From a virus, in the IMG/VR virus record IMGVR_UViG_3300029319_009305, positions 1-64,000 of that record: 64,000 nucleotides of DNA; one strand, given 5' to 3'. This document shows positions 56,432 to 64,000 of the stretch, piece after piece; within the stretch, counting starts at the first letter, position 1; each line of letters starts with the position of its first letter. The notes beneath the pieces are model-generated. The model made no database searches, had not been told where the DNA came from, and saw only the letters and a program-made list of their open reading frames with translations. The translations under genes were made by a program, and so were the position numbers.

Positions 56432-57724
56432 ATGAAAAATTTTGTTAACATTGTTGATGAAAAAAATTTAAGAATAAAAACTTTTTCCTCGTTGTCACAC
56501 TTTAGAAATAAAATAAAAGATAACGATATCATATACACAAATAATTTTAAGACTAAAAAAAATTATCTTAATTTTATTAATCAATATTTTGGAAACTACT
56601 TTGATACAACTGTAAAACATTTAATTGTTGGAGAATTATGGTTGATTGAAAGTTTTGCGCCAGGTTTAGGTGATGTGTTTCTTGATTATTTGACAGAATA
56701 TTTTGAAAAACATTCTGATCATGATGCTAAAAAAAGTGAATTAGTTTTAAAAGATTTTTTAAATGAAAAGTTGTCTAATTTTAGTAGTAAAGTCTATAGA
56801 CTTAACAAGAAAGACTTGAACGATTATGTGAGTTATATATCAAGTAGTACTATTAAAGACATAGCAAAAACAGTCATACAGAAGTCAGAAGTTAATGATT
56901 CTATTATTGTTGAAGATTCTTTTAGAAGTTATTCGACTGTTAAAAAAACTAATGAACTGTTTTTTAAATTAGAATTTGATAGTGAATTTATTTTATCCAA
57001 CACTTGGAATGCTGAAGATTATCGATATATTATTATCGATGGGTTTATTGACAGCGTAGGTGAAATTCATCATTTACTACAAAAAGCATCAGAGGATAAA
57101 GAACCTTACGTTATTTTTTGCAAAGGTATGAGAGAGGAAGTTAAACATACAATACTCTACAATTTAAAAAGAAACACAATAAATGTAATGCCTATTTGTT
57201 TGAAAACAAATGAAGAAAATGTTAATGCATTAAACGATATAGCATCTTGTCACGATGGTAAGATAATAAGTGCTTTACACGGCGATACAATATCTTCTGC
57301 TGTAAAAAGAGAATTGATGGTAGGTAGGAAAATTTCTGTAAAAAAGACAGGATTTACGATTCATTGCATGAATGAAAAAACAAAAAATATTCAAATTGGA
57401 TTTTTGAAGATGAAATTAAAAAACCTGACAGAGAAAGATCCAAATTATTCCTTTATTCAGAAAAGAATAAAAAATTTAAATTCAAAAAAAATTATGATCT
57501 CTTTGGCTAAAAATATTAGCAAGAATGAAAAAATTGAGTTGGACGGATTTTTAAAGTTTGTGATGAATGCAAAATCAGGAACAGTTAAAATGTTAAACAA
57601 AAATAAATCTGGCACAAAAAGAGGGATTTACAGTATTCGTGAGTTGAATATACTCTTTACGAAGCTAGAAGCAGTTATTAGAACGATTGATAGCTTAGGA
57701 TGCATAGTATATCAGGAGAGATGA
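56432..57724 (+). CDS. highly divergent chaperonin (GroEL/TCP-1)-like protein
   Basis: Apical-domain-like IIIDGFIDSVGEIHHLL...PYVIFC.G...N...LNDIA; GDGTT ATP motif absent. Confidence 0.55.
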   Translation: MKNFVNIVDEKNLRIKTFSSLSHFRNKIKDNDIIYTNNFKTKKNYLNFINQYFGNYFDTTVKHLIVGELWLIESFAPGLGDVFLDYLTEYFEKHSDHDAKKSELVLKDFLNEKLSNFSSKVYRLNKKDLNDYVSYISSSTIKDIAKTVIQKSEVNDSIIVEDSFRSYSTVKKTNELFFKLEFDSEFILSNTWNAEDYRYIIIDGFIDSVGEIHHLLQKASEDKEPYVIFCKGMREEVKHTILYNLKRNTINVMPICLKTNEENVNALNDIASCHDGKIISALHGDTISSAVKRELMVGRKISVKKTGFTIHCMNEKTKNIQIGFLKMKLKNLTEKDPNYSFIQKRIKNLNSKKIMISLAKNISKNEKIELDGFLKFVMNAKSGTVKMLNKNKSGTKRGIYSIRELNILFTKLEAVIRTIDSLGCIVYQER

Positions 57725-57726
57725 TT

Positions 57727-57948
57727 ATGGCAACGAAAAAAAATTTAGAGAGTAAAGTAACAACATCTGTAAAAGATTTGGTGGATTTTATTAAAATGCA
57801 GGCTAAAAATAACATTGTTGAGCAAACAAGGGACTTAGGTGTAGAAAAAAACGATTTGCAAAAAATATGCCGAATTGTTGATATGAGCATAACAGCATCT
57901 TTTTTGCAAGGTATTGATAATGTTGTAAAACAAGTTACAAAAGACTGA
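57727..57948 (+). CDS. hypothetical protein
   Basis: AGGAG SD. Confidence 0.6.
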   Translation: MATKKNLESKVTTSVKDLVDFIKMQAKNNIVEQTRDLGVEKNDLQKICRIVDMSITASFLQGIDNVVKQVTKD

Positions 57949-58442
57949 TGAACCGTGAAAATTGGGATAAAATTGGAATAAAGCATTTGATAGAGTGTCA
58001 TTGTACTTTAAAAATATACAAAGGTAGCGAAAATCATTTGTATCATAAATTCCCAGTTTATTCAAAATTTGACAATCAAACAAATAAACTGATTGAAAAA
58101 ATAGTCCCATGTAATAATTGTCAAACTTTACACAAAGTTTATGATGTTTGTAAATCCGATATTGTTAAAAGTGGAAAGGATGAAAATAAGGCAGCAGTAA
58201 GCATTGAAGATATCTCTTTACAACTCCCCTATAAGATAAATAATGTTCTAGTAAAATATCAAAGTGATATATCTACTTGGGAACAAGTCTTAGATATTGT
58301 TGAGTGTGAGGCTTGGTCTTACAAAGTTGTCTTATCTCGAGAGTTAATAGAAGGTAAATACCACGTCAAAACTTTAGAAATATTAAGTGAAGATAAGATA
58401 AAAATAGAATCAAAAATAATTGAAGATGAAATAAAATTTTAG
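57948..58442 (+). CDS. zinc-binding hypothetical protein
   Basis: HLIECHC, CNNC..H..C. Confidence 0.7.
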   Translation: MNRENWDKIGIKHLIECHCTLKIYKGSENHLYHKFPVYSKFDNQTNKLIEKIVPCNNCQTLHKVYDVCKSDIVKSGKDENKAAVSIEDISLQLPYKINNVLVKYQSDISTWEQVLDIVECEAWSYKVVLSRELIEGKYHVKTLEILSEDKIKIESKIIEDEIKF

Positions 58443-58452
58443 GAGGAGCGTA

Positions 58453-58734
58453 ATGCCAGAAAAAATTGGAGAAACAGAAGCTGAATTAGAAGCATCACAA
58501 TTAGTAGAGTGCAGACAAATAGTTAGAAACGTAATTAATTTTGGTGTCACAGAAAAACAAAAAATTCATTTAATTTATCTTCTATCCTTAGAATTAGAAT
58601 CTAGAGATGCAATGAATATTATTGTAGATTCTGTTAAAAAAATAAAAAATCTTGACGAAGATATTAAATTTAGTTTAACACAGCAAGAAAATGATTATAA
58701 TAATAATCAAAAGCCAAAGCTTTTGGAAATATAA
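58453..58734 (+). CDS. hypothetical protein
   Basis: GGAGG SD. Confidence 0.7.
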   Translation: MPEKIGETEAELEASQLVECRQIVRNVINFGVTEKQKIHLIYLLSLELESRDAMNIIVDSVKKIKNLDEDIKFSLTQQENDYNNNQKPKLLEI

Positions 58735-58755
58735 AAATAACTTAATGGAGGAAGC

Positions 58756-58953
58756 ATGTCCAGTCGACAAACAGATTTATTAACAAAATGGGAAGAACTT
58801 AAAGTTCTAATTGAGTCTCTTGAACAAGATATTCATAAAAACGTTAGCGGTAATAAGTCAGCAGGTGTTAGAGCTAGAAAAGGTCTTAGACTAGTGAAGA
58901 CAAACGCCAGTGAAATTGTTAAAGTTTCGCTAGCTGCAGACAAAGAAAGCTAA
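58756..58953 (+). CDS. histone H1-like (Hc1 family) nucleoid protein
   Basis: GNKSAGVRARKGL motif. Confidence 0.75.
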   Translation: MSSRQTDLLTKWEELKVLIESLEQDIHKNVSGNKSAGVRARKGLRLVKTNASEIVKVSLAADKES

Positions 58954-58974
58954 AAAATTATTTTTATTTATTTT

Positions 58975-59226
58975 TTAAGAGAGTACATTTTGTACTCTTT
59001 TTTTTATCTTTTTTATGATGTTCTTTTCTATTTGACAAACTCTCATTCGTGTTATGCTGTATAACTCCCCTATGTCTTGTAAAGTTTTAGGTCCATTATT
59101 AGCACAATTAATAACACAATTTTGATTATCTTTAATTTTTAACCAATATCTGCATGATTTTTTGTTACATAATTTATCATTATTGGCATAGTATTCGTAG
59201 CACTTCATAATTATTAACGTCTCCAT
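58975..59226 (-). CDS. sigma-70 region 4 type HTH protein with Cys-rich N-terminus
   Basis: TLQDIGELYSITRMRVCQIE. Confidence 0.8.
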   Translation of the reverse strand: METLIIMKCYEYYANNDKLCNKKSCRYWLKIKDNQNCVINCANNGPKTLQDIGELYSITRMRVCQIEKNIIKKIKKRVQNVLS

Positions 59227-59284
59227 TTCAACTAATTAATGTTTATTATAACGAGACAATCTAAAATTAACAATTGGAGTTAAA

Positions 59285-60598
59285 GTGAGAAAATTATTTA
59301 TTGTTGACACGTCTGTTCTTTTGTACGATAAGAGCTCAATACATTCATTCCCAGAAATTGATATTGTAGTGCCATTAGTTGCCTTAGATGAACTTGATAG
59401 GTTTAAAGAAAAAAAAGGTGTGACAGGAGAATCTGCACGATATGTCAATAGATTTTTAGATGAATTAAGAAAACTTGGTAGTTTACATGAAGGGGTAGAA
59501 TTAGAAAACGGTCAAACAATCAGAGTTGCTTTAGAAGGTTACAATAGTGTTCCTGAAGGCTTAAATGGTGATGATGCAGATAACAAAATGATATCGTTAG
59601 CTTTGGTGCTATCTAAAAGCCAAGAACAACCAATTACCTTGATCACAAAAGATATTAACTTCAGAGTTAAGTGTGATGCTTTAGGGATTAATTCTGAAGA
59701 CTACTACAAGGACAAAGTAATTGATTTTGAAGATGAATCGTACAAAGGCTTTGTTGAGTTAAAAATAGATCCTGAACATGATCACTTGATTGATTCTTTC
59801 TACGACGACGAGGATATTCTAGAAGATTTTGAAGATTTACTTGGGCGCAAACTTTTTCCTAATGAGTTCTTGACTGTAAAGTCTGGTAAAAGTAGATCTA
59901 TGATTGCTTGTAAGAGAAATAATAGATTAAGCAAGGTCAAAGAGACTGGTCAACTTGAAGATTTTATGGGCATTAAACCTAGAAATAGAGAGCAGCTATT
60001 TGCTTTAGACTTGCTTACAAATGATGATGTACCTTTAATATCATTGACAGGAATAGCAGGATCAGGAAAGACTTTTCTTACACTTATGGCAGGTTTAGAT
60101 GGTTTAAATAAGAAAAGGTATAAAAGAATTGTAATAACTAGAAATATTCAACCTGTTGGTAGAGATATTGGGTTTTTACCAGGAGATGCAAATGAAAAAA
60201 TGCTACCTTGGATTGCACCAATTATGGATAATTTCAGGCAAGGCACTAAAGACGAAGACATGTCTTATTTTGAAATTATGAGAAAAACAGGAAAGATCGA
60301 AATAGCACCGCTAGCTTTTATGCGAGGAAGAACATTCTCAGACACATTTCTAATAATTGATGAGTCACAGAATAGCACTATTCATGAGTTAAAGACAGTT
60401 ATAACAAGAATTGGTGAGAATTCAAAAATTGTTCTATTAGGAGATACAGATCAAATTGATACTCCCTATATAGACTCGCTGTCGAATGGTTTAACAATAG
60501 TAGGAGAGAAATTTAAAAATCAAGAAATGGCTGGGCACATACAGCTTCAAAAAGGTGAAAGATCACCTCTATCTTTTTTGGCTTCTAAAATTTTATAA
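59285..60598 (+). CDS. phoH: PIN-PhoH family protein
   Basis: VDTSVLL PIN domain; GIAGSGKT, GFLPGD, RGRTF, IDESQN, TRIGENSK, GDTDQID. Confidence 0.92.
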   Translation: MRKLFIVDTSVLLYDKSSIHSFPEIDIVVPLVALDELDRFKEKKGVTGESARYVNRFLDELRKLGSLHEGVELENGQTIRVALEGYNSVPEGLNGDDADNKMISLALVLSKSQEQPITLITKDINFRVKCDALGINSEDYYKDKVIDFEDESYKGFVELKIDPEHDHLIDSFYDDEDILEDFEDLLGRKLFPNEFLTVKSGKSRSMIACKRNNRLSKVKETGQLEDFMGIKPRNREQLFALDLLTNDDVPLISLTGIAGSGKTFLTLMAGLDGLNKKRYKRIVITRNIQPVGRDIGFLPGDANEKMLPWIAPIMDNFRQGTKDEDMSYFEIMRKTGKIEIAPLAFMRGRTFSDTFLIIDESQNSTIHELKTVITRIGENSKIVLLGDTDQIDTPYIDSLSNGLTIVGEKFKNQEMAGHIQLQKGERSPLSFLASKIL

Positions 60599-60654
60599 TT
60601 AATTTAGTTTTATATAACACCTTTATTGGGTATAATCACTCAAGAGAGGTATTT

Positions 60655-62601
60655 ATGTTTGGTCAAGATATATTTGGAACTAATTTAATCAATGAGAGAA
60701 ATCTAAAAGAAGAAATAAAAGATTGTGATGTCGTATTTGTTTCTGACTTGTACATTGATGATTATGTAGGTGGTGCAGAATTAACCACAGAAGTTTTGTA
60801 TCAATATTCAAATCACACTTTTGTGAATAAAAAAGTTTGCAAGATAAAATCAGATCAAGTCAACAAAGAATTGATTGAGGCTGGATTACTAAAGAAGTGG
60901 GTTTTCTTTAATTATGCTGCCATGAGTATGAATTTAATCCCTATTATTGTTGCAAATCTGAATTATTCAATAGTTGAATATGATTACAAATTTTGCAAGT
61001 ATCGATCAACCGAAAAACATCTTTCTATTGAGTCAAAAGAATGTGATTGCCATAATCAGCAACAAGGAAAGATTGTGTCTGCTTTCATGTATGGTGCAGA
61101 ATTTTTATTTTGGATGTCTGAAGAACAAAAGAATTTCTATTTTAAACTTTTTCCTTTTTTGAGTAGCAAGGACAATACTGTTGTAACCTCTGCATTTACA
61201 AGGGCTACATTAGTACAACTTAAAGAATTAAGGTCTAATTCAAAAGAGCGAAAACAAAAAGCTATAATCATAGGTTCTAATTCATGGATTAAAGGTGTTG
61301 AAGACTCTGTAGAATACTGTAAAAAAGAATTATCAGTTGATTATGATATTGTTTCTAACTTAAGACATTCTGATTTATTGAAAAAATTAAGTGAATATGA
61401 ACATTTTGTTTTCATGCCGAAAGGAAAGGACACATGCCCGAGAATAGTAATTGAAGCTAAACTCGCAGGTTGCAAAATCCACATTAACGATAACGTACAA
61501 CATAAGGAAGAAGATTGGTGGAACAAAGATTTAGATTCTATTGATAAATTCTTAAGAAATGGTCCACAAGAAAAATTTTGGGGAAAATTAAATGGTTATT
61601 TTGTCAGATCAGAAAAAGTTAGTGGTTATACAACAACCCGTGATTGTATTGATCAAAAATACCCATTCAGACAGTGCATAGAATCAATGCTTGGATTTTG
61701 TGATCAAGTAGTCGTTGTAGATGGAGGATCCACAGATGGAACATGGGAGGCTTTGAAAGAAATTGCTCAAAAAGATGATAGGGTTTTAGTTGAGCAAAGA
61801 ATCAGAGATTGGGATCATCCAAGATTTGCTGTGTTTGATGGTTTACAAAAAGCATATGCAAGAAGCTTGTGTACGGGTAAGTGGTGTTGGCAGATGGATA
61901 GTGACGAAATAGTTCACGAAAAGGATTACACAAAAGTTAAAAACCTTTTGAGAGATATTCCAAAGTCAATTCACTTATTAGCTTTACCTGTTGTTGAATA
62001 TTGGGGTGGTCCTGAGAAAGTAAGGGTTGATGTAAATCCCTGGAAGTGGCGCCTTAGTAGAAATTTAAAGCATATAACACACGGTATTCCTGCTCAATTA
62101 AGAAAAAATGATGATGAAGGAAACCTCTATTCTTTACCAGGATCAGATGGGTGCGATTATATTGATAAAGACTCGTACCAGACAATTCCATGTATGCATT
62201 TTTATGATCAAAATATTCATGATATAAGAATATCAGCATTAAAGGGAGATCAAAAAGCAGTTGAAGCTTATGAAAACTGGTTCAATAACTTAATAGAAAA
62301 TTTACCAGGAGTACATCATTATAGTTGGTTTGATCTGGAAAGAAAAATACACACTTATAAGAACTATTGGTCAAAGCACTGGCAGAGCCTTTATAATGTT
62401 GAGCAAGAAGATACACCAGAAAATAATATGTTTTTTGATAAGTCTTGGAAAGATGTAACAGACGATGAAATTAAAGATTTATCAAAGAAACTAAAAGAAG
62501 AAATGGGTGGATGGATATTCCATAATAAGGTTGACTTTAATCAAGGAACGCCTTATATCCTTATTGAAAGAGGCGAGCCTGAAAATATGAGAGATAAATG
62601 A
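60655..62601 (+). CDS. fused glycosyltransferase (GT-B-like plus GT2)
   Basis: GGAE and DTCPRIVIEAKLAG; VVVDGGSTDGT and DSDE. Confidence 0.85.
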   Translation: MFGQDIFGTNLINERNLKEEIKDCDVVFVSDLYIDDYVGGAELTTEVLYQYSNHTFVNKKVCKIKSDQVNKELIEAGLLKKWVFFNYAAMSMNLIPIIVANLNYSIVEYDYKFCKYRSTEKHLSIESKECDCHNQQQGKIVSAFMYGAEFLFWMSEEQKNFYFKLFPFLSSKDNTVVTSAFTRATLVQLKELRSNSKERKQKAIIIGSNSWIKGVEDSVEYCKKELSVDYDIVSNLRHSDLLKKLSEYEHFVFMPKGKDTCPRIVIEAKLAGCKIHINDNVQHKEEDWWNKDLDSIDKFLRNGPQEKFWGKLNGYFVRSEKVSGYTTTRDCIDQKYPFRQCIESMLGFCDQVVVVDGGSTDGTWEALKEIAQKDDRVLVEQRIRDWDHPRFAVFDGLQKAYARSLCTGKWCWQMDSDEIVHEKDYTKVKNLLRDIPKSIHLLALPVVEYWGGPEKVRVDVNPWKWRLSRNLKHITHGIPAQLRKNDDEGNLYSLPGSDGCDYIDKDSYQTIPCMHFYDQNIHDIRISALKGDQKAVEAYENWFNNLIENLPGVHHYSWFDLERKIHTYKNYWSKHWQSLYNVEQEDTPENNMFFDKSWKDVTDDEIKDLSKKLKEEMGGWIFHNKVDFNQGTPYILIERGEPENMRDK

Positions 62602-63341
62602 AAGAAACTAAATTTGTATTTCTAACGCCTGCTTATAATTGTGAAAATACAATTAGCCAAACTTTATTTTCTATGTTCGCACAATCATATTGTAACTGGA
62701 GAGCAATTATAATCGATGATGTTTCGGATGATGGCACTAGTAAACAAATTCAAAGAATCATAGATAATTACCAGTTTTCAGATAAGATCAAGTTGAAAAG
62801 AAGGGAAGAGAAGTTTGGTGAAGTTAGAAATACTGTAGAAGAGGTATTCAACCATATAGACGATGATGAAGTTGTAGTTCGACTAGATGCAGGTGACTGG
62901 TTAACAGAAAATGATTGTCTTTATATGTTGAATGAGATTTATAAAAATCACAATCCTGCTGTTTGTTGGACCGGGCAACGTTGGGCTTATACAAACTATG
63001 GAATATCAAAAAAAATGAATCTACAGCCAAATCAGAGCGTTTATGAACATCCCTGGGTTTCTAGTCACCTTAAAACTTTTAGGGCTAAAGCTTTAAAAAA
63101 GGTAAGTAAGGGTAATTTCTTTGATGATGATGGAAACTGGATAATGATTGCTTGTGACCAGGCAGTTTTCTTACCAATGATGCATTTAGCTGTAAAAGAA
63201 AAATTACCGCTTGTATTTTTCCCGCATGTGTGTTATCATTACAACATAGACTTAGAAAAACCAGATCTATTTACAGAAGATCGATCAATACGCCAAAAAT
63301 ATTCAGCTGAATGGATTAGGAGTAGAGGATATGTTGAGTGA
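62598..63341 (+). CDS. glycosyltransferase family 2
   Basis: TPAYN, IIDDVSDDGT, LDAGDW. Confidence 0.88.
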   Translation: MKETKFVFLTPAYNCENTISQTLFSMFAQSYCNWRAIIIDDVSDDGTSKQIQRIIDNYQFSDKIKLKRREEKFGEVRNTVEEVFNHIDDDEVVVRLDAGDWLTENDCLYMLNEIYKNHNPAVCWTGQRWAYTNYGISKKMNLQPNQSVYEHPWVSSHLKTFRAKALKKVSKGNFFDDDGNWIMIACDQAVFLPMMHLAVKEKLPLVFFPHVCYHYNIDLEKPDLFTEDRSIRQKYSAEWIRSRGYVE

Positions 63342-64000
63342 AAGTATACACCCACAATTTTAACCCAGCTTCAAATAGCGGTCCAAATAAATTTACCAGA
63401 ACTTTATTCAATCAATTAATCAAAGATGAGAAAGTAACTTTATGTAGCCAAGAATTGGCCGACGTTGAATTCTGTTTAATTCAACAACAGGTACATAAGG
63501 TTAAACCTATGGTTTTGCGTTTAGATGGTATATGGTTTAATTCTGATCAAGATTACAACAAACAGAATGAACCAATTAAATTTTCTTATGAAAATGCTGA
63601 TGCTGTTATTTTTCAGTCAGAATTTAATAAAAAATTAACTGAAAAATGGTTTGGGAAACATCATAATTCTCACGTAATACATAATGCTGCTGATTTAGAA
63701 TTAATAAGATCAGCAAATGCAAGATTTTGGGATACTAAGTTTGGAAAAAATACAGAAGTTTGGTCGTGTGCGTCATCTTGGAGACCACATAAAAGATTGA
63801 ATGATAATATTAGATACTTTTTAGAATTTGCGCCTAAAGATGCTATTTTTGCAATTGCTGGTGCACTTGGCATGGATGATGCTAAAAAAATACCTAATGA
63901 TAAGCGAATAGTTTTAATGGGTGACTTAGACTATATGAGTTTACTTTCACTGTATAAACGATCATCAACATTTGTACACTTAGCATATCTTGATCATTGT
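63338..64000 (+). CDS. glycosyltransferase family 4-like (partial, runs off window)
   Basis: GTG overlapping previous stop; SGPNKF, RLDG, IFQSEF, VIHNA, WRPHKRL. Confidence 0.75.
   Translation, partial: MKVYTHNFNPASNSGPNKFTRTLFNQLIKDEKVTLCSQELADVEFCLIQQQVHKVKPMVLRLDGIWFNSDQDYNKQNEPIKFSYENADAVIFQSEFNKKLTEKWFGKHHNSHVIHNAADLELIRSANARFWDTKFGKNTEVWSCASSWRPHKRLNDNIRYFLEFAPKDAIFAIAGALGMDDAKKIPNDKRIVLMGDLDYMSLLSLYKRSSTFVHLAYLDHC

Noticed and set aside
1-64000. Genome-wide stop-codon reassignment (TGA or TAG) as the explanation for the in-frame TGA
   Set aside because: Many conserved genes end properly at TGA (pckA, cysK, yeaH, GT genes, with start/stop overlaps) and at TAG (radA-like, prkA), and long genes are uninterrupted in code 11.
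1-64000. Cellular (bacterial) chromosome origin
   Set aside because: Housekeeping-type genes are isolated among many tiny ORFans, phage-type families and a repeated early promoter, with no ribosomal or biosynthetic operons. It is not fully excluded because hallmark virion genes are outside the window.

Overview
This looks like a 64 kb segment of a large (jumbo/huge-type) tailed-phage genome, although no capsid, terminase or portal gene lies in the window. It is densely coded and mostly AT-rich. It carries its own tmRNA and tRNA-Leu(TAA), auxiliary host-type genes (pckA, cysK-like, hsp20, uvsE, radA-like, minimal PolX, PIN-PhoH, yeaH-spoVR-prkA, a divergent chaperonin, an Hc1-like protein, glycosyltransferases) and about 90 small hypothetical genes. 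From ~21 to 42.7 kb an early-gene-like region of short ORFs is driven by most of the ~28 copies of a GTGCAA-N17-TATAAT promoter, often followed by an ACCAACC-AAAGGAG leader. GC rises towards a sharp GC-rich hairpin boundary at ~42.8 kb. Short lipoprotein signals, acidic DTG-rich lipoproteins, RCC1-like repeats and GC-rich terminal genes hint at a high-GC deltaproteobacterial (Myxococcota-like) host; this is inference. The best novel candidate is a gene missed by the ORF track (10340-10696) with a single in-frame TGA followed immediately by a bacterial-SECIS-like hairpin, i.e. a putative phage-encoded selenoprotein. Other findings: self-chaining 'MKVGDLV' mini-gene cassettes, an N-terminal 'MKITRRQLRxLIxE' tag family, a twice-repeated GGG-tract RNA motif, a perfect pseudoknot behind the tRNA, SD-sequestering hairpins and a 20-aa metallothionein-like peptide. 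All product calls come from motif recognition by eye; no searches were run.
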